The position numbers were made by a program, and so were the translations under genes. A stretch of DNA of 64,000 bases from Clostridia bacterium (lineage in GTDB: Bacteria; Bacillota; Clostridia; Christensenellales; UBA1242). Below, in pieces: positions 19,064 through 28,839 of this stretch. The stretch is from the NCBI GenBank assembly GCA_009929275.1, contig SAAW01000003.1, positions 11,529 to 75,528 of the forward strand, in the 5' to 3' direction. The notes beneath the pieces are model-generated. The model had not been told where the DNA came from, did not search any database, and saw only the letters and a list, made by a program, of their open reading frames with translations. Every line of letters begins with the position of its first letter. Within the stretch, counting starts at the first letter, position 1.

Positions 19064-21130
19064 ATGACAGATATAATTGATGAAACTTGCTGTGAAAAAG
19101 CGAAAATAATATTAATTGAGAAATGCTCGCCCATAAATGTTTTGAAAGCAGAGCAAGCAGTTGAAATTTTAAAAAGCATTAAAATGGATAATAACACTTT
19201 AATTGTTACCTATATTTTTGTGCCATTTGCACACGGTCACATTTCTTCAAAAGAAGTGAAAGAAATTTTTAATGAAGAAGTTTTGGAAATGCTTGAAAAT
19301 AGTGTGAAAATTCACAATGTTGAATATAACAATGAGGAGCAAGAAGCCGAAAATATCAGAAAGTTATATTTTGCTCTTGCCAAAGATTTGAGGGTGATAA
19401 TAATCAAACTTGCCCTAGTCCTTGCTGAACTTAAAAATGAAAAACTTTATGCCGAAAACGAAAAAAAATTGAAAGCGAAAATTGCACTTGACCTTTTTGC
19501 GCCTCTTGCTGCACGCCTTGGGATATCTTCGATTAAGTCGGAGATTGAAAATTTGGCATTCAAAATTTTAGAACCGGAAAAATATGAGGAAATTAAGCAA
19601 GCGATTGAATGTTCATATGGCTCTGGCAAAGAAATGATTGATGAGATTACAAAATATCTTAAAGACTCTTTGGTTGAACTTGAGATTGAAGGCGAAGTGA
19701 CCGGCAGACAGAAACATATATATAGCATATATAATAAGATGCGAAATAAAAATGAAAAAATTGACAATCTTTTTGACCTTGTTGCCTTGCGTGTGATTGT
19801 TAAAGATGTGTCCAATTGTTATGCGCTTCTGGGCAAAATTCATGCCGACCTCACTCCCATTTCATATCGCTTCAAGGACTATATTGCCACACCAAAATCA
19901 AACGGATATCAATCGCTCCACACCACTGTTTTTTGGAAAGATAAGCCAATAGAAATTCAAATTCGAACGTGCGAAATGCACAGGGCTGCCGAGTTTGGTT
20001 TTTGTGCGCATTGGATGTATAAAGAAAAGAGGAAAAATGCCGATTCGCTCGACCAAAAACTTGGTTTTTTAAGAGAATTAATCGAAGGAAACAAGTCAAA
20101 AACTTCAAAAGAAATCATCGCAACTTTCAGAACGGATATTTATGACGGTGAGATTTTTGTTTTGTCACCACTTGGCAAAGTTATTCATTTGCCATCTGAT
20201 TCTTCGCCCATAGATTTTGCCTATGCCATACATAGTGCCGTGGGCAACAAATGCGTTGGGGCGAAGATAAATGGAAAAATGGCTCCTCTTTCATCACCTC
20301 TAAACAATGGTGACGTGGTGGAAATACTAACTTCACAAAACAGCAAAGGGCCTTCAAGAGATTGGTTAAAGATTGCAAAACTCGTTGCAACGAAAACTAA
20401 GATAAAACAGTTTTTTAAAAGAGAAATGAAAGATGAAAACATCAAAATGGGCAAAAGTATTTTTGAGAGTGCCGTTAAAAACACAGGGGTTATTCCTTCA
20501 ATATTACTAAGTAAAGAGCGTTTTGATGAGATTTTTCAAAAATATTCATTTGAAAATTTAGATGAATTTTATGCCTCCATGGGAAACGGCAATCTTTCTG
20601 CAAAAGTTATCGTTAATAAATTTATGCAACTATATCGGGCTGAAATGAAAGCCCAACAAAAATTGCTTATCCTAAAAAACACAAAGGCGGATAAAAACGA
20701 AAAAGCAGTAGTCGTTAAAGGCGTGAATAATTTGATGATAAAGTTTGGCACTTGTTGCCACCCAATTCCAAACGACGAAATCATAGGGTTTATCTCGCAG
20801 GGCAGAGGGATTGTTGTTCATAGGAAGAATTGCAAAAATGTGGAAAATTATCAAAAAGAAAGACTTATTGAAGTGGAATGGTCAAGTGAAGTTCAAAATG
20901 ATTATCGTGTTACTCTTTTGATTTATACAAATGCTGGAAGTAATATAACTTCGCAAATAACTTCCATTCTTGCTGAAAATAAGATCTCACTTTTAAGTTT
21001 GATTATGGAACAAAAAAAGACTTGTCCGGCAATAAGGCTTACAATAGGCATTCAGAGCTTGGAAAGACTGGAAGAAATCACGAGAAAGATTTCCGCTTGC
21101 CAAGGAGTTTGTGACATAAAACGAGTGTAA
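19064..21130 (+). CDS. relA: Long RelA/SpoT-homologue (p)ppGpp synthetase with apparently degenerate hydrolase (HD) domain
   Basis: The synthetase block is conserved (GRQKHIYSIYNKM, YRFKDYIATPKSNGYQSLHTTV, EIQIRT.EMH..AEFG..AHW.YKE). TGS and C-terminal ACT regions are present. The N-terminal region aligns to the HD domain but lacks its His/Asp motifs. The ATG at 19064 follows AAGG; the ORF track starts at the TTG at 19058. Confidence 0.85.
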   Translation: MTDIIDETCCEKAKIILIEKCSPINVLKAEQAVEILKSIKMDNNTLIVTYIFVPFAHGHISSKEVKEIFNEEVLEMLENSVKIHNVEYNNEEQEAENIRKLYFALAKDLRVIIIKLALVLAELKNEKLYAENEKKLKAKIALDLFAPLAARLGISSIKSEIENLAFKILEPEKYEEIKQAIECSYGSGKEMIDEITKYLKDSLVELEIEGEVTGRQKHIYSIYNKMRNKNEKIDNLFDLVALRVIVKDVSNCYALLGKIHADLTPISYRFKDYIATPKSNGYQSLHTTVFWKDKPIEIQIRTCEMHRAAEFGFCAHWMYKEKRKNADSLDQKLGFLRELIEGNKSKTSKEIIATFRTDIYDGEIFVLSPLGKVIHLPSDSSPIDFAYAIHSAVGNKCVGAKINGKMAPLSSPLNNGDVVEILTSQNSKGPSRDWLKIAKLVATKTKIKQFFKREMKDENIKMGKSIFESAVKNTGVIPSILLSKERFDEIFQKYSFENLDEFYASMGNGNLSAKVIVNKFMQLYRAEMKAQQKLLILKNTKADKNEKAVVVKGVNNLMIKFGTCCHPIPNDEIIGFISQGRGIVVHRKNCKNVENYQKERLIEVEWSSEVQNDYRVTLLIYTNAGSNITSQITSILAENKISLLSLIMEQKKTCPAIRLTIGIQSLERLEEITRKISACQGVCDIKRV

Positions 21131-21243
21131 AAACACAGGTGTTTTTGAATTTTTCACAATATTTCTTGACAAACTATTTTTGTAGTGACAATATAATAAA
21201 AATTATTGATTAAAAATAAAGTAAAACTTAAAAGGTAATTATT

Positions 21244-21999
21244 TTGTATAAAGTTATAAAAAGGTTGTTTGATATACTACTTTCAGGGATAGCATTAATA
21301 ATATTATCTCCAGTTATTCTTTTAACTTGGGTTTTGGTTTTGATTAAACTTGGAAGCCCCGCAATTTTCTGTCAATACAGACCGGGCAAAAATAACAAAC
21401 TTTTTAAGTTGAGAAAATTTAGAAGTATGACAAATGAAACAGATGAAAACGGCAATCTTCTTCCAGATTACAGAAGGCTTACAAACTTTGGCAAATTTTT
21501 AAGGACTTCAAATCTTGATGAACTCCCTCAACTTTGGAACATTTTTATTGGGGAAATGTCTTTCATTGGTCCACGTCCAAAACTCTTAAAAGACATAATC
21601 TTTTTTGACGAAGAGCAAAACAAGCGAAGTAAAGTTCGTCCGGGGATAACAGGGCTTGCTCAAATTAATGGCAGAAATGAAGCTTGTTGGGACGATGTTA
21701 TAAGATATGACATTGAATATGTAAATACAAAAAATAAATTCAAATTAGATGTCAAAATATTTTTTAAAACGATATGTCTTCTTTTTAAGAGAGAACGAAC
21801 CGAAGAGTGTGGGTCAGCAAATCACGAATTTTATTACTATGGCGATTATCTTTTAAACACAAACAAAGTTTCAACAATGGAATACACTGAGAAAATCAAA
21901 ATGGCAAAACAAATCCTTTCAAAATATGAAAAAGTCTACACTCAAAAAGTCAAATATGTTCAAGAAGAACTTGAAGACCTTAACGAAAAGTTTCAATAA
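21244..21999 (+). CDS. Bacterial sugar transferase (polyprenyl-phosphate hexose-1-phosphate transferase, WbaP/EpsL-like)
   Basis: KR.FD...S...L...SP, LGSPAIF.Q.R.G, KFRSM, DELPQLWN...GEMS.IGPRP, PG.TGLAQ. TTG start. Carries an extra C-terminal tail of about 50 aa. Confidence 0.8.
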   Translation: MYKVIKRLFDILLSGIALIILSPVILLTWVLVLIKLGSPAIFCQYRPGKNNKLFKLRKFRSMTNETDENGNLLPDYRRLTNFGKFLRTSNLDELPQLWNIFIGEMSFIGPRPKLLKDIIFFDEEQNKRSKVRPGITGLAQINGRNEACWDDVIRYDIEYVNTKNKFKLDVKIFFKTICLLFKRERTEECGSANHEFYYYGDYLLNTNKVSTMEYTEKIKMAKQILSKYEKVYTQKVKYVQEELEDLNEKFQ

Positions 22000-22018
22000 T
22001 ATATTAGATTAAGATTTT

Positions 22019-22050
22019 AAACTCACCTCTTTTGGTGAGTTTTATTTTTG
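22019..22050 (+). terminator. Intrinsic terminator
   Basis: ACTCACC-tctttt-GGTGAGT followed by TTTTATTTTT. Confidence 0.65.
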
Positions 22051-22141
22051 CTGTGGTGATTAATTTTGTTGATTTTTATAAGGCTTCACTATATAATTAT
22101 AAATAAAAATTTATTTGAAATGTGCAACATAGGGAGAAAAA

Positions 22142-24532
22142 ATGGAAGAATACGAAAAGCATTATGACGGAAATGAAATTGAAAAAAAGATGCAAACATT
22201 TTGGGAAGAAAACAAAATTTATAAGTTTGTCCGTGATAAATCAAAGCCTCTTTTTTCAATTGACACACCTCCTCCAACAGTGAATGGCAAATTGCACATC
22301 GGGCATATTTTCAGTTACACGCAGGCAGAGATTGCTGTTCGTTATAAACGAATGACAGGCAATAATCTCTATTATCCTTTTGGGTTTGATGACAATGGGC
22401 TCCCTTCAGAAAGACTTGTTGAGAGGGAAAATAATGTTAAGGCGAGCGAATTGCCACGAAGCGAGTTTTGCGAAAAGTGCATTGCGACGACTCAAAAATA
22501 TGAGCAAGAATTTAAGAGCCTTTGGAAATCAATGGGCTTTTCGTGTGATTGGGATCTTACTTATTCAACAATCAGCAAAGATTCTCAAAAACTCTCTCAA
22601 AAACTTTTCATTGAACTCGCAAAAAACCGCGATGCATACATTAAAGAGTCGCCAGTTCTCTGGTGCACAGAGTGCCAAACTTCTATTGCTCAGAGCGAAC
22701 TTGATTCGAAAGAAATTGACTCTTTTTTCAACTATCTTCCTTTCAAAATCGATGGGAAAGTCGTGGAAATTGCGACGACAAGACCTGAACTTTTGTTTGG
22801 AGTCGTGTGTGTTTTTGTTAATCCAAAAGACAAGAGATATAAAAATATTGTTGGGAAAAATATCACCGTTCCACTCTACAATTTTGAAGTGCCAGTCCTA
22901 ACAGACAGCAAAGTTGAAATTGACAAAGGCACGGGTGCTGTTATGTGTGCCACGTTTGGCGACACAACTGACGTCGAATGGTTTGAAAAATACTCACTTC
23001 CATATAAAAAAATAATTTTAACAAACGGTCAAATTGCAGAGGAAGTCCCCTTTATTGGCGGAATGAAAACACTTGATGCAAGAAAAGAGATTGTAAAAAT
23101 CTTAAAAGAGCAGAACCTTCTTATTCGCAGTGAAAAGATTAAACATATTGTTTCCGTACACGAAAGGTGTGGCACGGAAGTTGAAATTATTCCGTCAAAG
23201 CAATGGTATATCAGTGTCTGTAAACACAAAGAAAAACTTCTCGAACTTGGAAGTAAAATCAAATGGAATCCTGCCTATATGCAAAATAGATATGTCACAT
23301 GGGTGGAGAATTTAAAATGGGACTGGTGCATTTCTCGCCAAAGATATTTTGGAGTGCCTTTTCCAGTCTATTATTGCACAAAGTGTGGCAAAGTTCACTT
23401 TGCGAAAGAGGAAAATCTTCCTGTCAATCCACTTGAAACGCCATATATTGGCACTTGTGAATGCGGTGGCAAAGAGTTTAAACAAGAGAGTGCTGTTTTA
23501 GACACATGGGCAACCTCCTCCATATCAACTTCAATCAATCAATCAATTTCCGAGAAATTTGGAGTTGACAAAAGTGAAATTACCCCAATGTCTTTAAGAG
23601 TTCAAGCACACGAAATCATCAGAACTTGGGCGTTTTATTCCATTGTGAGGAGTATGTATCAACATAACAATGTTCCTTGGAATGAGATGATGATATCGGG
23701 CATCGTCCTTGCTAAACCAGGCGAAAAGATAAGTAAATCAAAAGGAAATGCAGTTGTTTCGCCACAAGAACTCATTGCAAATTGCACTGCCGATTACATT
23801 CGCTATGGCACGGCAAATGTAAAACTTGGAACAGACACTTTTTTTGACGAAAAAGATGTTGTGGACACTTCCAAACGTTTCATCACAAAACTTTGGAATT
23901 CCTGCAAATTTGTGCTTTCGCATTTGCAAGATTTTGACTCTAAATATTTGCCAAAGAAGATATTGTCAGCGGACAAGTGGATAATTGAAAAAACAAACGA
24001 GACTATCCTTGAAGCGAAAAAATATCTTGATGAATATGAAATTGGGCTTGCAAGAAAAGTGATTGACGACCTCTTTTGGAGTGATCTCTGCGACAACTAT
24101 ATTGAGATTGTAAAAGACAGACTGTATAAGCCTGAAATTCACGGTGAGAAGGAAAGAAAATCGGCACAATATGCAATTTTTTATTCATTATTTAATATTC
24201 TTAAAATGTATTCAATTTATATTCCGCATTTCACAGAATATGTTTATCAAAAAGGATTTAGAAAATTTGTCGGTGAAAAATCCATTCATCTATTGCTCTG
24301 GGAAAATCCACAAAAACTTAATAAAAACATTTTAAAATTTGGGTCGGAACTTAAAAAAGCTTTGTTTGATGCAAGAAAATTTAAGACAGAAAATGGATTC
24401 TCAATGCGAACAGAAATCGACTCGGTTGACGTTAATTTTTCAAAAGAAACAGAACTTTTTCACAAGGAAGCAGAAAAAGATTTACTTGCTTGTACCTGCT
24501 CTAAAAAAATTAATTATGTGGAAGCAAATTAA
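22142..24532 (+). CDS. valS: Class I aminoacyl-tRNA ligase, most likely valine--tRNA ligase of the archaeal/actinobacterial type
   Basis: PPPTVNGKLHIGH (HIGH), GFDDNGLPSE, WCISRQRYFGVPFP, HEIIRTWAFYS, KISKSKGN (KMSKS). From memory the DDNGLP(T/S)E motif matches archaeal-type ValRS, not IleRS (DCHGLP), LeuRS (DAFGLP) or bacterial ValRS (DHAGI). Confidence 0.65.
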   Translation: MEEYEKHYDGNEIEKKMQTFWEENKIYKFVRDKSKPLFSIDTPPPTVNGKLHIGHIFSYTQAEIAVRYKRMTGNNLYYPFGFDDNGLPSERLVERENNVKASELPRSEFCEKCIATTQKYEQEFKSLWKSMGFSCDWDLTYSTISKDSQKLSQKLFIELAKNRDAYIKESPVLWCTECQTSIAQSELDSKEIDSFFNYLPFKIDGKVVEIATTRPELLFGVVCVFVNPKDKRYKNIVGKNITVPLYNFEVPVLTDSKVEIDKGTGAVMCATFGDTTDVEWFEKYSLPYKKIILTNGQIAEEVPFIGGMKTLDARKEIVKILKEQNLLIRSEKIKHIVSVHERCGTEVEIIPSKQWYISVCKHKEKLLELGSKIKWNPAYMQNRYVTWVENLKWDWCISRQRYFGVPFPVYYCTKCGKVHFAKEENLPVNPLETPYIGTCECGGKEFKQESAVLDTWATSSISTSINQSISEKFGVDKSEITPMSLRVQAHEIIRTWAFYSIVRSMYQHNNVPWNEMMISGIVLAKPGEKISKSKGNAVVSPQELIANCTADYIRYGTANVKLGTDTFFDEKDVVDTSKRFITKLWNSCKFVLSHLQDFDSKYLPKKILSADKWIIEKTNETILEAKKYLDEYEIGLARKVIDDLFWSDLCDNYIEIVKDRLYKPEIHGEKERKSAQYAIFYSLFNILKMYSIYIPHFTEYVYQKGFRKFVGEKSIHLLLWENPQKLNKNILKFGSELKKALFDARKFKTENGFSMRTEIDSVDVNFSKETELFHKEAEKDLLACTCSKKINYVEAN

Positions 24533-24575
24533 TTTACAAAGCATTTAAAAAATTTACAAAATGTATATAAAAAGG

Positions 24576-24607
24576 TCGACTCTCTTCGCAGTAGAGTCAA
24601 TTTTTTA
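24576..24607 (+). terminator. Intrinsic terminator after valS
   Basis: GACTCT...AGAGTC hairpin followed by AATTTTTT. Confidence 0.55.
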
Positions 24608-24715
24608 ATGTATAGAGAGAAAAGCGAGTAGAGTAGACATACTTTTTCAGAAATAGTGTTGTAATAAAGATTTTTTTGAATATAATACACTCATAAATTA
24701 AAAGGAAAGTAAAAA

Positions 24716-25555
24716 ATGAAATATAAAATTATTGCAGACAGTAGTTGCGATCTAAAAAAAGACTACTTAAAAAAAACAGGGGTTGATTTTAGCATTGCCC
24801 CATTGACTATTAATGTAAATGGAGAAGATTTTGTTGACGACGAAAAGTTAGACATCAAACAAATGCTTAATAGTATGAATGCTTTTAAAGGAAAATCTAC
24901 TTCCACTTGTCCATCTCCCACTCAATTTTTTGACGAAATGCACGGAGCAGACAAATATTTTATAATAACCATATCTTCAAAATTAAGCGGAAGTTTTAAC
25001 TCTGCAAATGTTGCAAAAGGAATGCTTTTAAACCCAGATGACGCTTTTGTGATAGACTCAAAATCTACCAGCGGGACGATGATTTTAATTGTCGATAAAC
25101 TAGTTGAACTTATAAACAAAAATATTTCATATGAAGAAATTTGCAAAGAAATTCATGAATATGTCAAGACAAGGATTGAACTTTATTTTGTCTTAGACAA
25201 ATTTGATAATCTTGCAAAAAATGGCAGGGTCTCTGTAGCCCAAGCACTCATTGCTTCTGCATTATCGATCAAACCAATTTGCGTTGCCAACGATGGCGAG
25301 ATAAAATTTGCAAAAAAAGCGATTGGAATAAAGTGGGCACTAAAAGTTCTCGTCAAAGAAATAGGGCTCAAACTCAAAACAATCTTTTCAAAAAGTTGCA
25401 TAATTTCTCATTGTTTCAATGTTAAAATTGCTGAAGATTTGGAAAAAGAAATGAAAGAAAAATATGATTTTAAAAGTATCAGAACAATTCCAATGAGAGG
25501 ACTTTGCTCATTCTATGCATTAGAAAAAGGCATCATTGTAAGTTTTGAAAATTAA
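24716..25555 (+). CDS. DegV family fatty-acid-binding protein
   Basis: 279 aa with N-terminal KIIADSSCDL, TSTCPSP, and the overall DegV pattern. Confidence 0.85.
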   Translation: MKYKIIADSSCDLKKDYLKKTGVDFSIAPLTINVNGEDFVDDEKLDIKQMLNSMNAFKGKSTSTCPSPTQFFDEMHGADKYFIITISSKLSGSFNSANVAKGMLLNPDDAFVIDSKSTSGTMILIVDKLVELINKNISYEEICKEIHEYVKTRIELYFVLDKFDNLAKNGRVSVAQALIASALSIKPICVANDGEIKFAKKAIGIKWALKVLVKEIGLKLKTIFSKSCIISHCFNVKIAEDLEKEMKEKYDFKSIRTIPMRGLCSFYALEKGIIVSFEN

Positions 25556-25585
25556 AAAAACAAAATAAGTTTATATTAAAAAGTT

Positions 25586-25620
25586 AAAAAACTAGATTAA
25601 TTTCTAGTTTTTTATTTTTT
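25586..25620 (+). terminator. Intrinsic terminator after degV
   Basis: AACTAGA-ttaatt-TCTAGTT followed by a T-run. Confidence 0.6.
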
Positions 25621-25696
25621 GTTTGAGATTTTTAAAATATATTGTATAATTTTGTAGAAATATAATTAATTTGTGCATAAAAATGGAGGTATGGAA

Positions 25697-26182
25697 ATGA
25701 GCATTTATCAAATCAGAGTAGAAGATATAAACAAAAACATTGTTGAACTTGAACAATATAAAGGGACAGTCTTATTGATTGTCAACACTGCAACAAATTG
25801 CATTTTTACACCACAATATGAGGGACTAGAAGAATTATATGACAAGTTTCATAACAGAGGATTTGAAATTTTAGATTTTCCTTGCAATCAATTTGCAAAA
25901 CAAGCTCCAGGAACAATTGAAGAAATAAATAAATTTTGTGTGGATAAGTTTGAAACTTCATTCCCAAGATTTCAAAAAGTTGATGTGAATGGAAAAGATG
26001 AATTTATTTTATACACCTATTTAAAAAGACATCAAAAAGGTCTTTTTTGCAAAAAGATTAAGTGGAATTTCACAAAGTTTTTAGTTGACCAAAATGGCAA
26101 TGTAATAAAACGCTATGCACCTTTTGTAAAGCCTGCCAGAATAGCCAAAGATATTGAAAAGTTATTACAAAAAAATAATTAA
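25697..26182 (+). CDS. Glutathione peroxidase family thiol peroxidase (Cys type)
   Basis: LLIVNTATNC..T.QY..L..LY, LDFPCNQF..Q.PG, WNF.KFLV...G. The ATG at 25697 is 7 nt after GGAGG; the ORF track starts at the GTG at 25673. Confidence 0.85.
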   Translation: MSIYQIRVEDINKNIVELEQYKGTVLLIVNTATNCIFTPQYEGLEELYDKFHNRGFEILDFPCNQFAKQAPGTIEEINKFCVDKFETSFPRFQKVDVNGKDEFILYTYLKRHQKGLFCKKIKWNFTKFLVDQNGNVIKRYAPFVKPARIAKDIEKLLQKNN

Positions 26183-26195
26183 TAAGGAGGATAAA

Positions 26196-27266
26196 ATGTT
26201 TTTAGCATTTAAAGAATTAAAATACTCAAAGACAAAATTTGCACTCATTATTTCTGTGATTGTTCTCATCAGTTATTTAGTTTATTTTTTGACATCTCTC
26301 GCCTATGGGCTTGCATCTTCTTACACAAACGCAATCTATAAATGGAATGCCAACGAAATCATTATTACTGTTGATTCAAATGATAATATGATGATGTCAT
26401 ATATGACTCAAACAGATTTTGATGCCGTTTCAACAACAGGAGAAAAATCAAAATTAGGTTTTTTTCCTGCAATCATAAATAACCCATTATCAGAAAATGT
26501 TTTAGATTCAAGAGTAGATGTTTATTTTTTTGGAATTGAAGATGATAGTTTCATAAAACCATCAGAAACAGAAGATCTTACTTTAACAGGAAATCAAGTT
26601 ATTGTTGACGAAAAGTTAAAAAAAGAAGGCTATGAAGTTGGAGATTTTTTTGGTGTCACAGGGAGTGAAATTCAATATGAAATCATTGGATTTTCTTCTC
26701 AAACAACATATCAAACTGCCCCTGTTGTCTTTATGAGTCTAAATTCTTGGCAAGCATATCGTTACGGCACCACAAACACACCAGATTTGTTTAGCGGAGT
26801 CATTGTAAGAGGCGAAACATCAAATATTTCAACAAATTTAAAAAGTTACACTATTAATGATTATATCTCAACTTTGCCGGGCTACAGCGCACAAGTTCTC
26901 ACATTCTCAGTGATGATCATTTTTTTAATCATCATCACAGCTTTTGTTCTGGGGATATTCATATATGTATTAACTATTCAAAAAACGAGCATGTTTGGAG
27001 TGATGAAAGCGCAAGGAATTTCAAACGGATACATAGGTGGTTCTGTCATTGTTCAAACTTTTTCACTTGTTGCAGTTGGACTTGTCTTCGGGCTTATATT
27101 AACTGCGCTGACAGGAATTTTTCTAGGAAATGTCATTCCTTTTGCAGTCAACATTTTGTTTTACTCTATCATCACAGTTGCATTTTTCTTATTTGCTTTC
27201 TTAGGCGGGTTGTTTTCTGTTAGAGCAGTTTTAAAAATTGACCCATTAAAAGCAATAGGAGGTTAA
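26196..27266 (+). CDS. ABC transporter permease, FtsX/MacB-like
   Basis: N-terminal TM, a large extracytoplasmic domain, then 3 C-terminal TMs including ...MKAQGIS...; ends ..LKIDPLKAIGG. The ATG at 26196 follows AAGGAGG. Confidence 0.75.
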   Translation: MFLAFKELKYSKTKFALIISVIVLISYLVYFLTSLAYGLASSYTNAIYKWNANEIIITVDSNDNMMMSYMTQTDFDAVSTTGEKSKLGFFPAIINNPLSENVLDSRVDVYFFGIEDDSFIKPSETEDLTLTGNQVIVDEKLKKEGYEVGDFFGVTGSEIQYEIIGFSSQTTYQTAPVVFMSLNSWQAYRYGTTNTPDLFSGVIVRGETSNISTNLKSYTINDYISTLPGYSAQVLTFSVMIIFLIIITAFVLGIFIYVLTIQKTSMFGVMKAQGISNGYIGGSVIVQTFSLVAVGLVFGLILTALTGIFLGNVIPFAVNILFYSIITVAFFLFAFLGGLFSVRAVLKIDPLKAIGG

Positions 27267-27267
27267 T

Positions 27268-27945
27268 ATGAAAGCAATAATTGAAATGATTGGTGTTACA
27301 AAAGACTTTTTGCAAAATGACAATGTGATTAGAGCGCTTAAAGAAACAAATTTCACCGCTTATGAAAGTGAACTTGTTGGCATCATTGGACCTTCTGGCT
27401 CTGGCAAGTCCACATTTCTAACAATTTTGGGGGGATTGCAAAAACCAACAACAGGTAAAGTCTTTTTAAATGGAGAACCTTTTAGCGAACTAGACATCAA
27501 AGAAAAGTCAAAAATTAGACTACAAAACATTGGGTTTATCTTGCAAGCTTCAAATTTAATCCCGTTCTTAACTATAAAAGAACAAATGATTTTGTATAAT
27601 AAAATAACAAAAACAAAAGTGAATCAATCTTGGATTAATGATTTATTTTCAGAATTAGATGTTGAAAAATTAAAGAATAAATATCCAAATCAACTTTCAG
27701 GTGGAGAAAGACAAAGGTCGGCTATTGCAAAAGCGTTATATCATAAACCATCTGTAATTTTTGCAGATGAGCCAACAGCCAGCCTAGACACAAAAAGGGC
27801 TTTTGAAGTTGTGAAACTAATAGCCAAAGAAACAAAAGAACAAAAGAAAGCAACTATAATGGTGACTCACGATGAACGACTATTAGAATTCTGCGACAGA
27901 GTTTACGAAATAGTCGATGGAGTTTTAAATGAAAGAGTAAGATGA
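27268..27945 (+). CDS. ABC transporter ATP-binding protein
   Basis: Walker A GPSGSGKST, Q-loop, signature LSGGERQR, Walker B IFADEPT, H-loop VTHD. Confidence 0.9.
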   Translation: MKAIIEMIGVTKDFLQNDNVIRALKETNFTAYESELVGIIGPSGSGKSTFLTILGGLQKPTTGKVFLNGEPFSELDIKEKSKIRLQNIGFILQASNLIPFLTIKEQMILYNKITKTKVNQSWINDLFSELDVEKLKNKYPNQLSGGERQRSAIAKALYHKPSVIFADEPTASLDTKRAFEVVKLIAKETKEQKKATIMVTHDERLLEFCDRVYEIVDGVLNERVR

Positions 27946-28145
27946 AAAGATTTTGCTAAAAAATTTAAAGAACTAAAAAAAGACTATTTGAAAGGTGTTA
28001 AAGTAGAATATTCTAACCCTCCCATTCATTTAGTAGATGAAAATAAATCAGAAGAATTTGATAAAAACTTTCCTAAAAAAAATTAAAACTCCCAGGACAA
28101 ATGGTTTAAAATAAAAAAAGTTTAAAACATTAACAATCAACCTAA

Positions 28146-28772
28146 TCATTTTAAATTAATCCAAGAACCTTTCACGGCATAAATCGACACAAATGTTAAT
28201 ATAGATTTTATCTTGTTTTCATAATAATTAATTTCTTCAAATAATGGTCTTGTTTCAAGAGTTAAAGGATTCATATATTTGACATTCTCTTTATTATTTA
28301 AAATATCAATTAAAAACTGTTTGATTATGTTAGCTAATTTAATAAAAATTATATCAGTTTTATTTGCTAAATATTCATCTATCGTATTTTCTTTAAATCT
28401 TTTTTCAGTTATGTGTGAAATTGATTGATTTATATAACTCCTTAATTTACCGACATTAATATCTTTAGATTTTAGTTCTTTTATTTTTTTTGCACATGAA
28501 AAATACTGATAAAACACATTTGTTTTATCTTTTTCTCTTTCTTCTTTTTTTTCAAAATAAGAATTATTCCTCCAGCAAAAAAATTCAATTAAATTTCTTA
28601 ATGAAACTCTATGGGTTACCCATGCAGAATTGTATTCATTTTGCCAGTTCTCAGTTTTTTGCTTTGAAAGTAATTTTATTTGATTTTGGTATGAATATAA
28701 GTAATTGTCTATTTCATAAAGAATATGGGTTAATAAATATGTTTTATTGCTTTTATTCATAATATTTTTCAT
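28146..28772 (-). CDS. Hypothetical protein (orphan, very AT-rich)
   Basis: 208-aa ORF immediately downstream of tRNA-Ser on the same strand. I recognise no family motif. Confidence 0.45.
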   Translation of the reverse strand: MKNIMNKSNKTYLLTHILYEIDNYLYSYQNQIKLLSKQKTENWQNEYNSAWVTHRVSLRNLIEFFCWRNNSYFEKKEEREKDKTNVFYQYFSCAKKIKELKSKDINVGKLRSYINQSISHITEKRFKENTIDEYLANKTDIIFIKLANIIKQFLIDILNNKENVKYMNPLTLETRPLFEEINYYENKIKSILTFVSIYAVKGSWINLK

Positions 28773-28839
28773 ATTACGACTATAGCATATTTTTAAATAA
28801 AAAACAACCCAATCCTAGTTCGTAGGATTAGGTTGAGTT

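Noticed and set aside
18961-19197. 78-aa minus-strand ORF in the tyrS/relA divergent region.
   Set aside because: It overlaps the relA start, has hydrophobic low-complexity composition and lacks an RBS. The region is more likely to hold divergent promoters.
21131-21243. Promoter upstream of the sugar transferase gene (TTGACA ... TATAAT).
   Set aside because: The spacer between the best hexamers is about 20 bp, and the alternative -10 hexamers are weak, so I did not call a feature. The hairpin AAACAC-ag-GTGTTT right after relA may be its terminator.
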